Positions 56,436-64,000 of a stretch of 64,000 nucleotides of DNA are shown one piece after another. How positions within the stretch are numbered: the first letter of the stretch is position 1; every line of letters starts with the position of its first letter. The position numbers and the translations under genes were made by a program. The DNA is taken from positions 5,572 to 69,571 of the forward strand of contig SVTQ01000005.1 in assembly GCA_015063695.1 (NCBI GenBank), read 5' to 3'. Under the pieces are notes generated by a model. The model saw nothing but the letters and a program-made list of their open reading frames with translations, ran no database searches and was not told where the DNA came from. This DNA comes from Oscillospiraceae bacterium (GTDB lineage Bacteria; Bacillota; Clostridia; Oscillospirales; CAG-272).

Positions 56436-56533
56436 GTTGTGTCTCCTTGTTGAATATACAGCTTTTAGCTGTGTTCTTATTTTTTTGACCGTCCCTTAGC
56501 AAAGGGCAGTCTTACATAATAAGTATATCAAAT

Positions 56534-56579
56534 AAAAGGGCGCATGTCAATCTGTAAAACAGATTTTTTGCGCCCTTTT
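56534..56579 (-). terminator. terminator after the Cys/Asp-rich protein gene
   Basis: AAAAGGGCGCA-24 nt (with an inner TCTGT-AAA-ACAGA hairpin)-TGCGCCCTTTT, followed on the minus strand by a T-rich tail. Confidence 0.55.
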
Positions 56580-56618
56580 GGTTAATTATTTGTTAACTCG
56601 GCTATTTAATATATATTA

Positions 56619-57065
56619 TTAGCCTTCGATCTCCTCTTCGTCTGCACAAAGAGCTGCACCGCACTTGGGGCAGATGATATCAGAGGGGTCTACGCTGTCG
56701 TCAAAACAGATAGTCTCACCGCATTCGGAGCAGATAGCGCAAAGCATATCGTCGTCACAGCAGTCGCATCCGCAGTCACAGTCATAATCGTCGTCGCAGC
56801 AACAGTCACAGTCGTCAAAATCTTCGTCGTCAAGATCATAGAGGAGCTCTTCAACTTCGCCGAGATCTTCATCAAGTTCTTCTACGTAATCTTCGAGTTC
56901 AGCGAGGTCGTCATCGATCTCGTCAACTGTTTCAACTACTTCTTCAAGCAGGTCGATCATAGCATTGATAAGCTTAACTTCAGCCTTTTCGCCGTCGAGG
57001 TCAAGACCTGCAGCAAGACCCTTGAGGTATGCAAATTTTTCTGTAATGTTCATATTTTTATCCAC
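56619..57065 (-). CDS. hyper-acidic protein with a Cys/Asp-rich tract and a C-terminal zinc ribbon (CD1247 N-terminal-domain-like)
   Basis: 148 aa. N-terminal helix KFAYLKGLAAGLDL. An acidic coiled region. Residues 84-106 are DCDCCCDDDYDCDCGCDCCDDD. Then CAICSEC...CPKC. It lies downstream of efp. Confidence 0.6.
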   Translation of the reverse strand: MDKNMNITEKFAYLKGLAAGLDLDGEKAEVKLINAMIDLLEEVVETVDEIDDDLAELEDYVEELDEDLGEVEELLYDLDDEDFDDCDCCCDDDYDCDCGCDCCDDDMLCAICSECGETICFDDSVDPSDIICPKCGAALCADEEEIEG

Positions 57066-57127
57066 CTTTCAGGTAATATTTATTATTGTACCCGCCCGGA
57101 GGGGCGGGTAAACAAACTTTTTCGGAC

Positions 57128-57685
57128 TTATGCTCTTTCGAGATATTCGCCTGTTCTTGTGTCGATACGGATCTTTTCGCCCTGAGCTATGAAGAGGGGA
57201 ACTCTGATAACTGCGCCTGTTTCAACAGTTGCGTTCTTTGTTGCGCCCTGAGCTGTATCACCCTTAACACCGGGTTCTGTGTCAGCAACCTCAAGTTCAA
57301 CGAACATGGGAGGTTCAACTGCAAATACGTTGCCCTTGTAGCTCTTTACCGTGCAGAGCATTTCTTCCTTAACGAACTTGAAGTTCTCGGAAAGCTTGTC
57401 AGCGTTGAGGGGGAGCTGTTCGTATGTTTCCATATCCATGAAATAGTAAAGCTCGCCGTCGCTGTAAAGATACTGCATTTCCTTGCGGTCAACACGTGCA
57501 TCTTCATACTTATCTGTAGGGCTGAATGTCTTTTCAATAACTGCGCCTGTGATTACGTTACGAAGCTTTGTACGAACGAAAGCCGCACCCTTACCGGGCT
57601 TAACGTGCTGGAATTCGATTACCTGCATTACGTTACCGTCCATGTCAAAAGTAACGCCGTTTTTAAAGTTACCTGCTACTACCAT
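57128..57685 (-). CDS. efp: elongation factor P
   Basis: [10 protein letters not shown]...[16 protein letters not shown] (the modified Lys loop), three OB/KOW-like domains. Start moved to ATG 57685. Confidence 0.95.
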   Translation of the reverse strand: MVVAGNFKNGVTFDMDGNVMQVIEFQHVKPGKGAAFVRTKLRNVITGAVIEKTFSPTDKYEDARVDRKEMQYLYSDGELYYFMDMETYEQLPLNADKLSENFKFVKEEMLCTVKSYKGNVFAVEPPMFVELEVADTEPGVKGDTAQGATKNATVETGAVIRVPLFIAQGEKIRIDTRTGEYLERA

Positions 57686-57832
57686 ATAGATCATCCTTTT
57701 CCCGAAAGGCAAAGGCGCCCTTCGTATAAATTATTTATAAAATTACACTCTATTTTATACCATATCTCTGGATATTTCAAGGGGGTAACGGTATTTTTTT
57801 AAACTTTAATTGTTAAATTACACAAAAATCTC

Positions 57833-58258
57833 TTAAAAAAGGTTATTAACGTCAAATCTTTCGGAGCATTTGGGGCATACCACGGTGTGTTTACCCTTCT
57901 TTCTCGGAAGTCTTATTACCGCCTTACATTTCGTACATTTCTTATATACGTGAGTTTTTCTGTCCTTGATTTTGCCCTTCTGAAGTCTGAAGAAAGCTTT
58001 TACTTTGTTCCAGAAAGACATAAATCTGCCGTTTTCCTTGCTCCTTGCGTATATATTCTTTGAGAAAAACCTGAAGAATAAAAATACGATCGCCGCTGTT
58101 GAAAGTGCCGTGAGCACAACACGGGGTATTCCTCCGAAAAATCTTCCTGTAACGGAAAGCACAAAATAACTGATGAACAGGCACCAGCCGAGGCCGTCAA
58201 TACCTGCCGAAGCACCGTATCTTCCGTACATAAATCTGATAAATTTCTGTTTTAACAT
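57833..58258 (-). CDS. small membrane protein with a C-terminal zinc ribbon
   Basis: Two TM helices, then CTKC...CPKC. 141 aa, basic. Confidence 0.5.
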   Translation of the reverse strand: MLKQKFIRFMYGRYGASAGIDGLGWCLFISYFVLSVTGRFFGGIPRVVLTALSTAAIVFLFFRFFSKNIYARSKENGRFMSFWNKVKAFFRLQKGKIKDRKTHVYKKCTKCKAVIRLPRKKGKHTVVCPKCSERFDVNNLF

Positions 58259-58419
58259 TTTTTCACCATTTCTAAAGGGCTCTGAGAAAAGAGCCGTTTT
58301 TTATTTTCATATTATATATCGAAACTTAATTTTAGTCAAGTAAGGTATTGCGAAAGGTGTTTATTTGTGATAAAATATACGGTAACGAAAAATGCCTTTT
58401 ATTCTGAAAGGAGAATTCC

Positions 58420-58926
58420 GTGCTTTTCGAAAAAACACTTATGCCCGATTTCTTCTTCGGGGCTTTCGGAGAAGTTACGGTGGAATTTCTGATTTCAAAT
58501 GGTTTTTCTGCCGTTATAAGCGATATTGACAACACTCTTGTACCTTACGAGATACACTCACCCACGGAAGAGGTGAAAAAGTGGCTTTCTTCCCTTGAGG
58601 CGGCAGGCATTTCAGTTGCTTTCGTTTCAAACAACCACGAGGACAGAGTAACCGAATTTAACCGCGATCTGTCGTGTCCTGCTTACTGGGACGTAAAGAA
58701 GCCCTCGGCAAAATATCTTCATATTGCAATGAAGGCGCTTGGTTCAGATCCCGAGAACACTCTTTTTCTCGGAGATCAGCTTCTCACCGATGCCTGGGCA
58801 GCTCACAATGCAGGCCTGAAGGCGGCAATAGTTCCGCCTATAAGGGACAAAAAGAACCTTTTCTTTAAAACAAAGAGGCTTATCGAAAAGCCTTACATAA
58901 AAAAGTTTCTGAAACTTAAGGGATAA
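58420..58926 (+). CDS. YqeG-family HAD-IIIA phosphatase
   Basis: DIDNTL motif I, VSNN motif II, GDQLLTD motif III. GTG start with an AAAGGAG RBS. Confidence 0.8.
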   Translation: MLFEKTLMPDFFFGAFGEVTVEFLISNGFSAVISDIDNTLVPYEIHSPTEEVKKWLSSLEAAGISVAFVSNNHEDRVTEFNRDLSCPAYWDVKKPSAKYLHIAMKALGSDPENTLFLGDQLLTDAWAAHNAGLKAAIVPPIRDKKNLFFKTKRLIEKPYIKKFLKLKG

Positions 58927-58970
58927 TTCTTCCCTATTTATTACTAAAATACACTCTACGGGAGCTTATA

Positions 58971-60041
58971 ATGACAAGACTTGAAAAGATAAAAAGAGAA
59001 ATGACAGCGGCGGGATATGATGCCCTCTACGTTACGTCACCCGAAAACCACCTTTACGCCTGCGGATTCAATAATCCCGACGGACAGGTGCTTATCACGA
59101 AGGGCAAGTCCTACGTTTTCGCGGACTTCAGATACACCGAGGCGGCAAAGCGCGAATGCTTCGAGGGCTTTGAAATTATTATGCCCGAAACAGCAACGGT
59201 AAATCTTCTCGGCGACCTTCTTGAAGAAAACGGATGCAAAACAGTCGGCTTTGAAGAAAACAACGTAAGCTATCATGATTACACCGTAGCCGCAGAAAAG
59301 CTCAGCGGATATACTCTCGTCCCTGCGGCGATAGTTTTTGAAAAGCTGAGGATCACAAAGACACGCGATGAAGTTGACAAAGTGATAAAAGCACAAAGAA
59401 TTGCAGAGACGGCTCTTGAAGCACTTATTCCCCGTATCAATTATGACATGACTGAAATTGAAGTCGCCGCAGAGCTTGAATACCTTATGAAGCGCGGCGG
59501 TGCCCACGGCTTCAGCTTTGAGACCATTGCAGTTTCGGGCGGTAATTCCTCAAGCCCCCACGGTGTTCCCCGTAACGTAAAGCTTGAAAAGGGATTTCTC
59601 ACCATCGACTTCGGCGCACTCATTGACGGTTACCACTCCGACATGACCCGTACCTTCGTTATCGGCAAGGCTGACGAGGATATGAAGCGTCTTTACAACA
59701 CTGTTCTTGATGCACAGCTCGCCGTTCTTGAGGTTATTTCAGAGGGATGCTCCAATATGGAAATGGACAAAATCGCCCGCGATATCATTTACGGTGCAGG
59801 CTACGAGGGGTGCTTCGGTCACAGTCTCGGTCACGGCGTAGGTCTTCTTATCCATGAGGCCCCCAACCTTTCTCCCAAGTCCCCTTCCGACATGGTGCTT
59901 CACGAGGGCGAGATAGTTACGGTTGAGCCCGGCATCTATGTTGAAGGAAAATACGGATGCCGAATTGAAGATATGGTTTACATCACCAAAGGCGGAGCTG
60001 AAAATCTGACAAAGTTCAGAAAAGAGCTTATTGAGATTTAA
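58971..60041 (+). CDS. Xaa-Pro aminopeptidase / M24 family peptidase
   Basis: Creatinase-like N-domain plus a pita-bread domain with metal ligands (DFGALIDGYHSD, HSLGHGVGLLIHE, TVEPG, RIED). Confidence 0.9.
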   Translation: MTRLEKIKREMTAAGYDALYVTSPENHLYACGFNNPDGQVLITKGKSYVFADFRYTEAAKRECFEGFEIIMPETATVNLLGDLLEENGCKTVGFEENNVSYHDYTVAAEKLSGYTLVPAAIVFEKLRITKTRDEVDKVIKAQRIAETALEALIPRINYDMTEIEVAAELEYLMKRGGAHGFSFETIAVSGGNSSSPHGVPRNVKLEKGFLTIDFGALIDGYHSDMTRTFVIGKADEDMKRLYNTVLDAQLAVLEVISEGCSNMEMDKIARDIIYGAGYEGCFGHSLGHGVGLLIHEAPNLSPKSPSDMVLHEGEIVTVEPGIYVEGKYGCRIEDMVYITKGGAENLTKFRKELIEI

Positions 60042-60127
60042 AAACCAAATCGATTGATGAACTTTTACAAAGTTTGATCTCCTCATCCACCGCTATGCGG
60101 TCCCCCTTCTCCGCTGGAGAAGGCAAC

Positions 60128-60421
60128 AAGGACGTTGCGAAAATCGCAACGTCCTTTCAGACCGAAGACAAACTTGGTATAACGCAGATGCTAGAAGAAA
60201 AGCTTCTTCAAAACAATTATTTCTTGATGAAATCATCTGACATGGAAAAGGCGGGCAAAATGCCCACCACATCTGCTTTTGGCGAGTTTTTCCCTCTACC
60301 ATAGGCAACTATGCCTACGAGGAAAAAATCGCCAAATCTACCTGCGTTTCTCTCAGTCTGATCCAGAGTGCAGACTTTGTCTGCACTCTGAAAGGACGTT
60401 GCGAAAATCGCAACGTCCTTT
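60128..60421. repeat. 294-nt hairpin-dense non-coding element bounded by ~47-nt imperfect inverted repeats
   Basis: An identical 30-nt hairpin AAGGACGTTGCGA-AAA-TCGCAACGTCCTTT occurs at 60128-60157 and 60392-60421. The flanks TTTCAGA..G.AGACAAA..T continue the inverted symmetry. There are at least five further internal palindromes. Confidence 0.75.
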
Positions 60422-61204
60422 TTATCTTTCAAGAAGTACTTCGGAAAGCCTCAATATTTCGGGGTCGTCAAGGGTATTTTCAAGGCTTACGTAGCCGTCG
60501 TTTTCCTCGGAGAGAAGTCCCAAAGCTTCAAGTCTGCGCCTTGTTTCAAGTGCGGCACCGCGGCCGCCGTCATATATGCGCTTTGCTCCGGTGACTTTGG
60601 AGATAGCATCCGTGACGAAAGGAAAATGAGTGCATCCGAGAACCACGGATTCAATGTTTTTTTCTTTATAAGGTTCAAAAAGCTCTGCAAGGTAACCTTC
60701 AAGCTCTTCGCCTTCAAATACACCCTTTTCAACAAATTCGACTATCTTCGGAGCGCCGACGGTTATTATCTCGGTATTTTCCTTATATCTGTCATAAAGA
60801 ATTCTGAATTTTTCCTCGGAGAGAGTTACAGGTGTTGCCATTACCGCAACAGCTCCGCCTTCACAGTTTTCAACCGCAGGCTTCAGAGCCGGCTCAAGTC
60901 CTATTATGGGAAGCTCTGCGTATTTTTCACGCAGGTATTTTACCGCCACCCCCGTCGCCGTGTTACAGGCGATAACAAGGGCTTTTATTCTTCGCTCTAA
61001 AAGGGCTTTGACGGAATTCTCCGTCAGCATGAGTATTTCTTCGGGACCCTTTACTCCGTAGGGAGCATTGGCAGAATCACCGATATATATATACTTTTCG
61101 TTTGGCATGGCAAGAAGAAGTTCTTTAAGAACTGATATTCCGCCAAGTCCCGAGTCTATTACTCCTATGGGAAGTTCTCTTTTTTCCACCGTGTATTCCT
61201 TCAC
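60422..61204 (-). CDS. murI: glutamate racemase
   Basis: VIDSGLGGISV, the two catalytic Cys motifs ACNTA and GCTHFP. 260 aa. Confidence 0.93.
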   Translation of the reverse strand: MKEYTVEKRELPIGVIDSGLGGISVLKELLLAMPNEKYIYIGDSANAPYGVKGPEEILMLTENSVKALLERRIKALVIACNTATGVAVKYLREKYAELPIIGLEPALKPAVENCEGGAVAVMATPVTLSEEKFRILYDRYKENTEIITVGAPKIVEFVEKGVFEGEELEGYLAELFEPYKEKNIESVVLGCTHFPFVTDAISKVTGAKRIYDGGRGAALETRRRLEALGLLSEENDGYVSLENTLDDPEILRLSEVLLER

Positions 61205-61224
61205 TGTTTATCTGTCTTTAAAGT

Positions 61225-61851
61225 TTACTTTTTCTTTTTTGTGCTTTTTCCTTTAGAAGGTGCTTTTCTTTTTTCAGGTGCCTTATGCTTTTTCTTCTTT
61301 GCAACGGAAAAACCGAAGCTTCCTATCTTTCTTCCGAGCTCATAGTACGCTCCGTGGGCAAACGCCGCAAGGTGCGCTCTTTCAAGGTGAAGCTTTCCGC
61401 TTTTGTCTATAAGCGCCTCATCAACGTCCATGCAGAGAATATCCGCGAGGAACATATCGTGGGAGCCCATGGGGATCATATCGGTTACTCTGCATTCGAG
61501 AGAAAGAGGGCTCTCCCCGATAATGGGACATTCTATCTGCGATGCCTTCTCTTTTGTAAGTCCGCTCTTTGCAAACTTATCGATCTTTCTTCCCGTATGA
61601 ATTCCGAGATAATCAGCGTTTCTCACCATATCTACCGTTGTGAGGTTTATGGCAAACTCTCTTTTTTCCTTGAGGATCTCATAGGAATATCTTTCGGGTC
61701 TTACGGAAATATAGGTCTTGGGCGGAATGGTGTTCACGATTCCCGTCCAACCTATGGTGATTATATTCGCTTCTTCAAAGGTTCCGACCGTCACCATTAC
61801 GGGCGGAATAGGGCCGAGAAGCGTGCCGCCCTTCCATGTTACTTTACTCAT
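61225..61851 (-). CDS. flavin reductase-like (split-barrel FMN-binding) protein with a Lys-rich C-terminal tail
   Basis: PPVMVTVGT...ANIITIGWTG is a typical flavin_reduct domain. The last ~25 aa are KKKKHKAPEKRKAPSKGKSTKKKK. Confidence 0.75.
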   Translation of the reverse strand: MSKVTWKGGTLLGPIPPVMVTVGTFEEANIITIGWTGIVNTIPPKTYISVRPERYSYEILKEKREFAINLTTVDMVRNADYLGIHTGRKIDKFAKSGLTKEKASQIECPIIGESPLSLECRVTDMIPMGSHDMFLADILCMDVDEALIDKSGKLHLERAHLAAFAHGAYYELGRKIGSFGFSVAKKKKHKAPEKRKAPSKGKSTKKKK

Positions 61852-61872
61852 AATTTATCTATAATATGTACT

Positions 61873-62574
61873 TTAAAAATAGAAATAATTGTTTTTGAAA
61901 AATCCTTTCAGATATCCGTTATTGAATACGGAATATGCAATGAGAGCACCGCCGATACCAAGAATGATATCGTCCGTTTCAAAGGAGCCTATTCCGAACA
62001 TTCCCTGGGCAAGCTCCACGAAAACAACGAGGAATACCATGAAGGGAAGGAAAGAATCAAGCTTTCTCATTGAGGGCGATACCGCAGGCACGAAAAATGC
62101 AAAAGGACTGTACAGGAAAAGATTTCCGAAAACGTTAACAAACAACGACATGTGGTGCACCTTGCCCAGAGCAAATCCTTTTATGGCTCTTGTGAGAGAG
62201 CTGAAGGGGATAAGATTGGGAAGAGCATCTTCAAGCCAATATTTGTTATACTGAAATACAAAGCCCGTGCGGTTCCCCACCACTTTTGCAAGAAGAAGCG
62301 CGCTGAGAAAAACGACAATATAAAAAACAAACATAAAGAGCACTGCACCTCTTACAAGGTGTTTTTTTACGTGCTCATTCACCTCGGTCACGCTTCTGAG
62401 AAGTGCCGCCGCTGTGGGAAATACAAAGGAGCCTGTGATGAGAAGAAAAAAGTATCTCAGTCTCAGGGATACGGCAGGCAAGACGATCACCGCTATAACC
62501 GACAGGGCGCACAAAACGGCTGCAAGGCAACAAAGCCATGACAGAGCTACTATAAGTTTGTCCTTACTTTTCAT
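61873..62574 (-). CDS. VanZ family membrane protein
   Basis: NLIPF, NVFGNLFLYSPFAFF and ETDDIILGIGGALIAY motifs. Multi-TM. Confidence 0.75.
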   Translation of the reverse strand: MKSKDKLIVALSWLCCLAAVLCALSVIAVIVLPAVSLRLRYFFLLITGSFVFPTAAALLRSVTEVNEHVKKHLVRGAVLFMFVFYIVVFLSALLLAKVVGNRTGFVFQYNKYWLEDALPNLIPFSSLTRAIKGFALGKVHHMSLFVNVFGNLFLYSPFAFFVPAVSPSMRKLDSFLPFMVFLVVFVELAQGMFGIGSFETDDIILGIGGALIAYSVFNNGYLKGFFKNNYFYF

Positions 62575-62614
62575 CCTGATCCTCCTTGATCTTTTTATGC
62601 AAAAACGCCTTGGT

Positions 62615-63526
62615 TTATATTTTTCTGCAAATGCAGAATTTCACCTGTACCGTAACTTCAAGGGATGAAAGAGAAGAAAGCTTCTCCTTATCCTTTTCGC
62701 TTGTTCTGTAATAGAAAGGGGTCATTTCAAAAAGATTTAAAATTTCCGCGTTTGTTCCCACGGTGATTTTATATGTGAGGAGCTTTTCGTCAGCCTTTTC
62801 AAAGCCTTCCGGAATTTTTATTTCTCCCGAGGCTCTTCTCGGCTCGTCATAGAGCGCGGCTCTCAGTTCATAAAGATGGTCAGCACCCGATGCGGCGATT
62901 ATAAGATAACCGCCTTTCTTAAGAACTCTCATATTCTCTTCACCTGCGACGGGTGCAAACATGCTGACCACAAAGTCCATACTTTCGTCTGCAAGAGGGA
63001 GTGAAAAAATGTTTCCTGCGGCAAAGAAGGCTTCCGAATTCTCCGCACCCTCCGTCTTTCTGTCATAGGCGAGCTTTTCGCGGCGGCTTCTTTTGGAAGC
63101 GGCGGCGGCTCCGTGCTTCGAAGCGTCAAAGCCCACTGCTGTTATGGATACACCGTTTTCGGCAGATGTCTTAACGGTGTTACAGGTATGAAAACCCTCT
63201 CCGCATCCGCTGTCGGCAAGGAAGACCCTTGAAAGCCCCTCAGCCTTTGCGATGTCGGCAACCATGGTTCCCACTGCCTTTGAAATTTCGGTATAATAAC
63301 CTTTACTCAGAAATTCGACTCTTGCCGAAATCATACCCTTATCGTCACCCGTATGGGCATTCTTACCCTTTCCCGGAGGAAGAAGGTTCACGTAGCCCGA
63401 GGACGCAACGTCAAAGCAGTGAGGCTTTTCGCCGAGGCAGACGAAGGTGTTTCCTTTTTGCTCAAGCTCCGAGGCACAAAGGGGGCACGCAAGCACTTCA
63501 AATATAGATGTTCTGAATTCTTCCAT
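62615..63526 (-). CDS. SAM-dependent rRNA methyltransferase, RlmA(RrmA)-like, with an N-terminal zinc finger
   Basis: CPLC...C...HCFDVASSGYVNLL N-terminus, then the SAM motif LADSGCGEGFH. Confidence 0.75.
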   Translation of the reverse strand: MEEFRTSIFEVLACPLCASELEQKGNTFVCLGEKPHCFDVASSGYVNLLPPGKGKNAHTGDDKGMISARVEFLSKGYYTEISKAVGTMVADIAKAEGLSRVFLADSGCGEGFHTCNTVKTSAENGVSITAVGFDASKHGAAAASKRSRREKLAYDRKTEGAENSEAFFAAGNIFSLPLADESMDFVVSMFAPVAGEENMRVLKKGGYLIIAASGADHLYELRAALYDEPRRASGEIKIPEGFEKADEKLLTYKITVGTNAEILNLFEMTPFYYRTSEKDKEKLSSLSSLEVTVQVKFCICRKI

Positions 63527-63535
63527 AACAGCTCC

Positions 63536-64000
63536 TTATTCCACAAAGGCAACAAGCTTTGCGTGAAGAGCGTATCTGCCGGGGCCGTTTACTCCGCCGT
63601 TGGTGCAGGTGGAGAGAGTGATGATGGTGTCACCCGACTTCACTTTTTCATCACAAGGAACTTCACTGTTGCCTGCTACTCTTTCGGCAAACTCTAAAAA
63701 TTCGGTTTCATTTTCAAAGCTTGTCTGAATATAGTTATAGTCGCTGAGAGTTTCGTAAACCGAGAAGGGCTTGTATATATAAGCTCCGTCAAAGGTATAT
63801 ATGTAGATATAGCTGTTTGCAAAGAACTCGGGGTCAAAGAACTTGGTCACATCATGGAACATGGAGCCGTTGACGACGTTATGTCCGTAAATAAGTGAAT
63901 TGTAGTTCTCGGTGAGAACGGGAGAACATTCTCCCACAAGGTAAATGGAGCCAACTGCAAGGTATTCACCCGTATAGGCATGGGTAAGATAGTACTCGTC
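63536..64000 (-). CDS. srtB: class B sortase (5' end beyond the window)
   Basis: IYGHN..NGSMF, TLSTC catalytic Cys motif, C-terminal R. The frame stays open upstream of the GTG at 63937 through position 64000. Confidence 0.8.
   Translation of the reverse strand, partial: DEYYLTHAYTGEYLAVGSIYLVGECSPVLTENYNSLIYGHNVVNGSMFHDVTKFFDPEFFANSYIYIYTFDGAYIYKPFSVYETLSDYNYIQTSFENETEFLEFAERVAGNSEVPCDEKVKSGDTIITLSTCTNGGVNGPGRYALHAKLVAFVE

Noticed and set aside
60074-60432. ORFs 60074..60304(+), 60093..60308(-), 60217..60432(-) and 60279..60494(+).
   Set aside because: They overlap one another across a palindrome-dense spacer. Similar peptides appear on both strands (KDVAKIATSFQ / KDVAIFATSFQ) only because the DNA is palindromic. 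None has an RBS.

Overview
This is a chromosomal window from a spore-forming Firmicute, probably Clostridia-like. That placement is an inference from gene content: gpr, spoIIP, spoVG, a SigH-like sigma factor and an IPMS-family Re-citrate-synthase-type TCA branch. I call about 58 protein genes, mostly on the minus strand, and one tRNA-Trp. There is no rRNA, CRISPR array, transposase or integrase. The core content, by region:
- 13.3-27.9 kb: a near-complete dcw cluster (mraZ-rsmH-ftsL-like-PBP-murE-murF-mraY-ftsW-murG-ftsQ, then ftsZ), with no ftsA.
- 28.5-34.1 kb: coaD-rsmD-uvrC-ptsH, ppa and obg.
- 34.2-40.3 kb: a 2-oxoacid dehydrogenase operon in the order E2, E3, fused E1 alpha/beta, with a DeoR regulator.
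- 40.5-42.4 kb: murC and spoVG.
- 42.5-47.0 kb: an accessory-looking block of SGNH hydrolase, ACT-ACT-MBL hydrolase, MaoC hotdog protein and a short MocR regulator, with a divergent ECF S-component.
- 47.1-48.4 kb: a low-GC NUDIX plus Avd-like four-helix-bundle pair next to tRNA-Trp.
- 48.6-53.8 kb: an oxidative TCA branch operon (Re-citrate-synthase-like, GntR, aconitase, icd).
- 54.1-64.0 kb: a large surface protein, efp, pepP, murI and others.

The most unusual signals are non-coding:
- 48083-48296: eight sequence-diverse hairpins joined by a conserved 10-nt linker that inverts orientation mid-array, directly 3' of tRNA-Trp.
- 53882-54004: a REPIN-like element with perfect 29-bp inverted GTAG-hairpin arms.
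- 9641-9778: a 3 x 46-nt tandem hairpin repeat with minus-strand-specific G.U pairing and a compensatory substitution.
- 60128-60421: a 294-nt hairpin-dense element bounded by about 47-nt inverted repeats.
- 34196-34240 and 48498-48549: two copies of a roughly 50-nt hairpin element, each placed a few nt after a stop codon.

I see no complete, recognisable defence or mobile system. All functional calls come from motif recognition by eye and have not been checked against any database.
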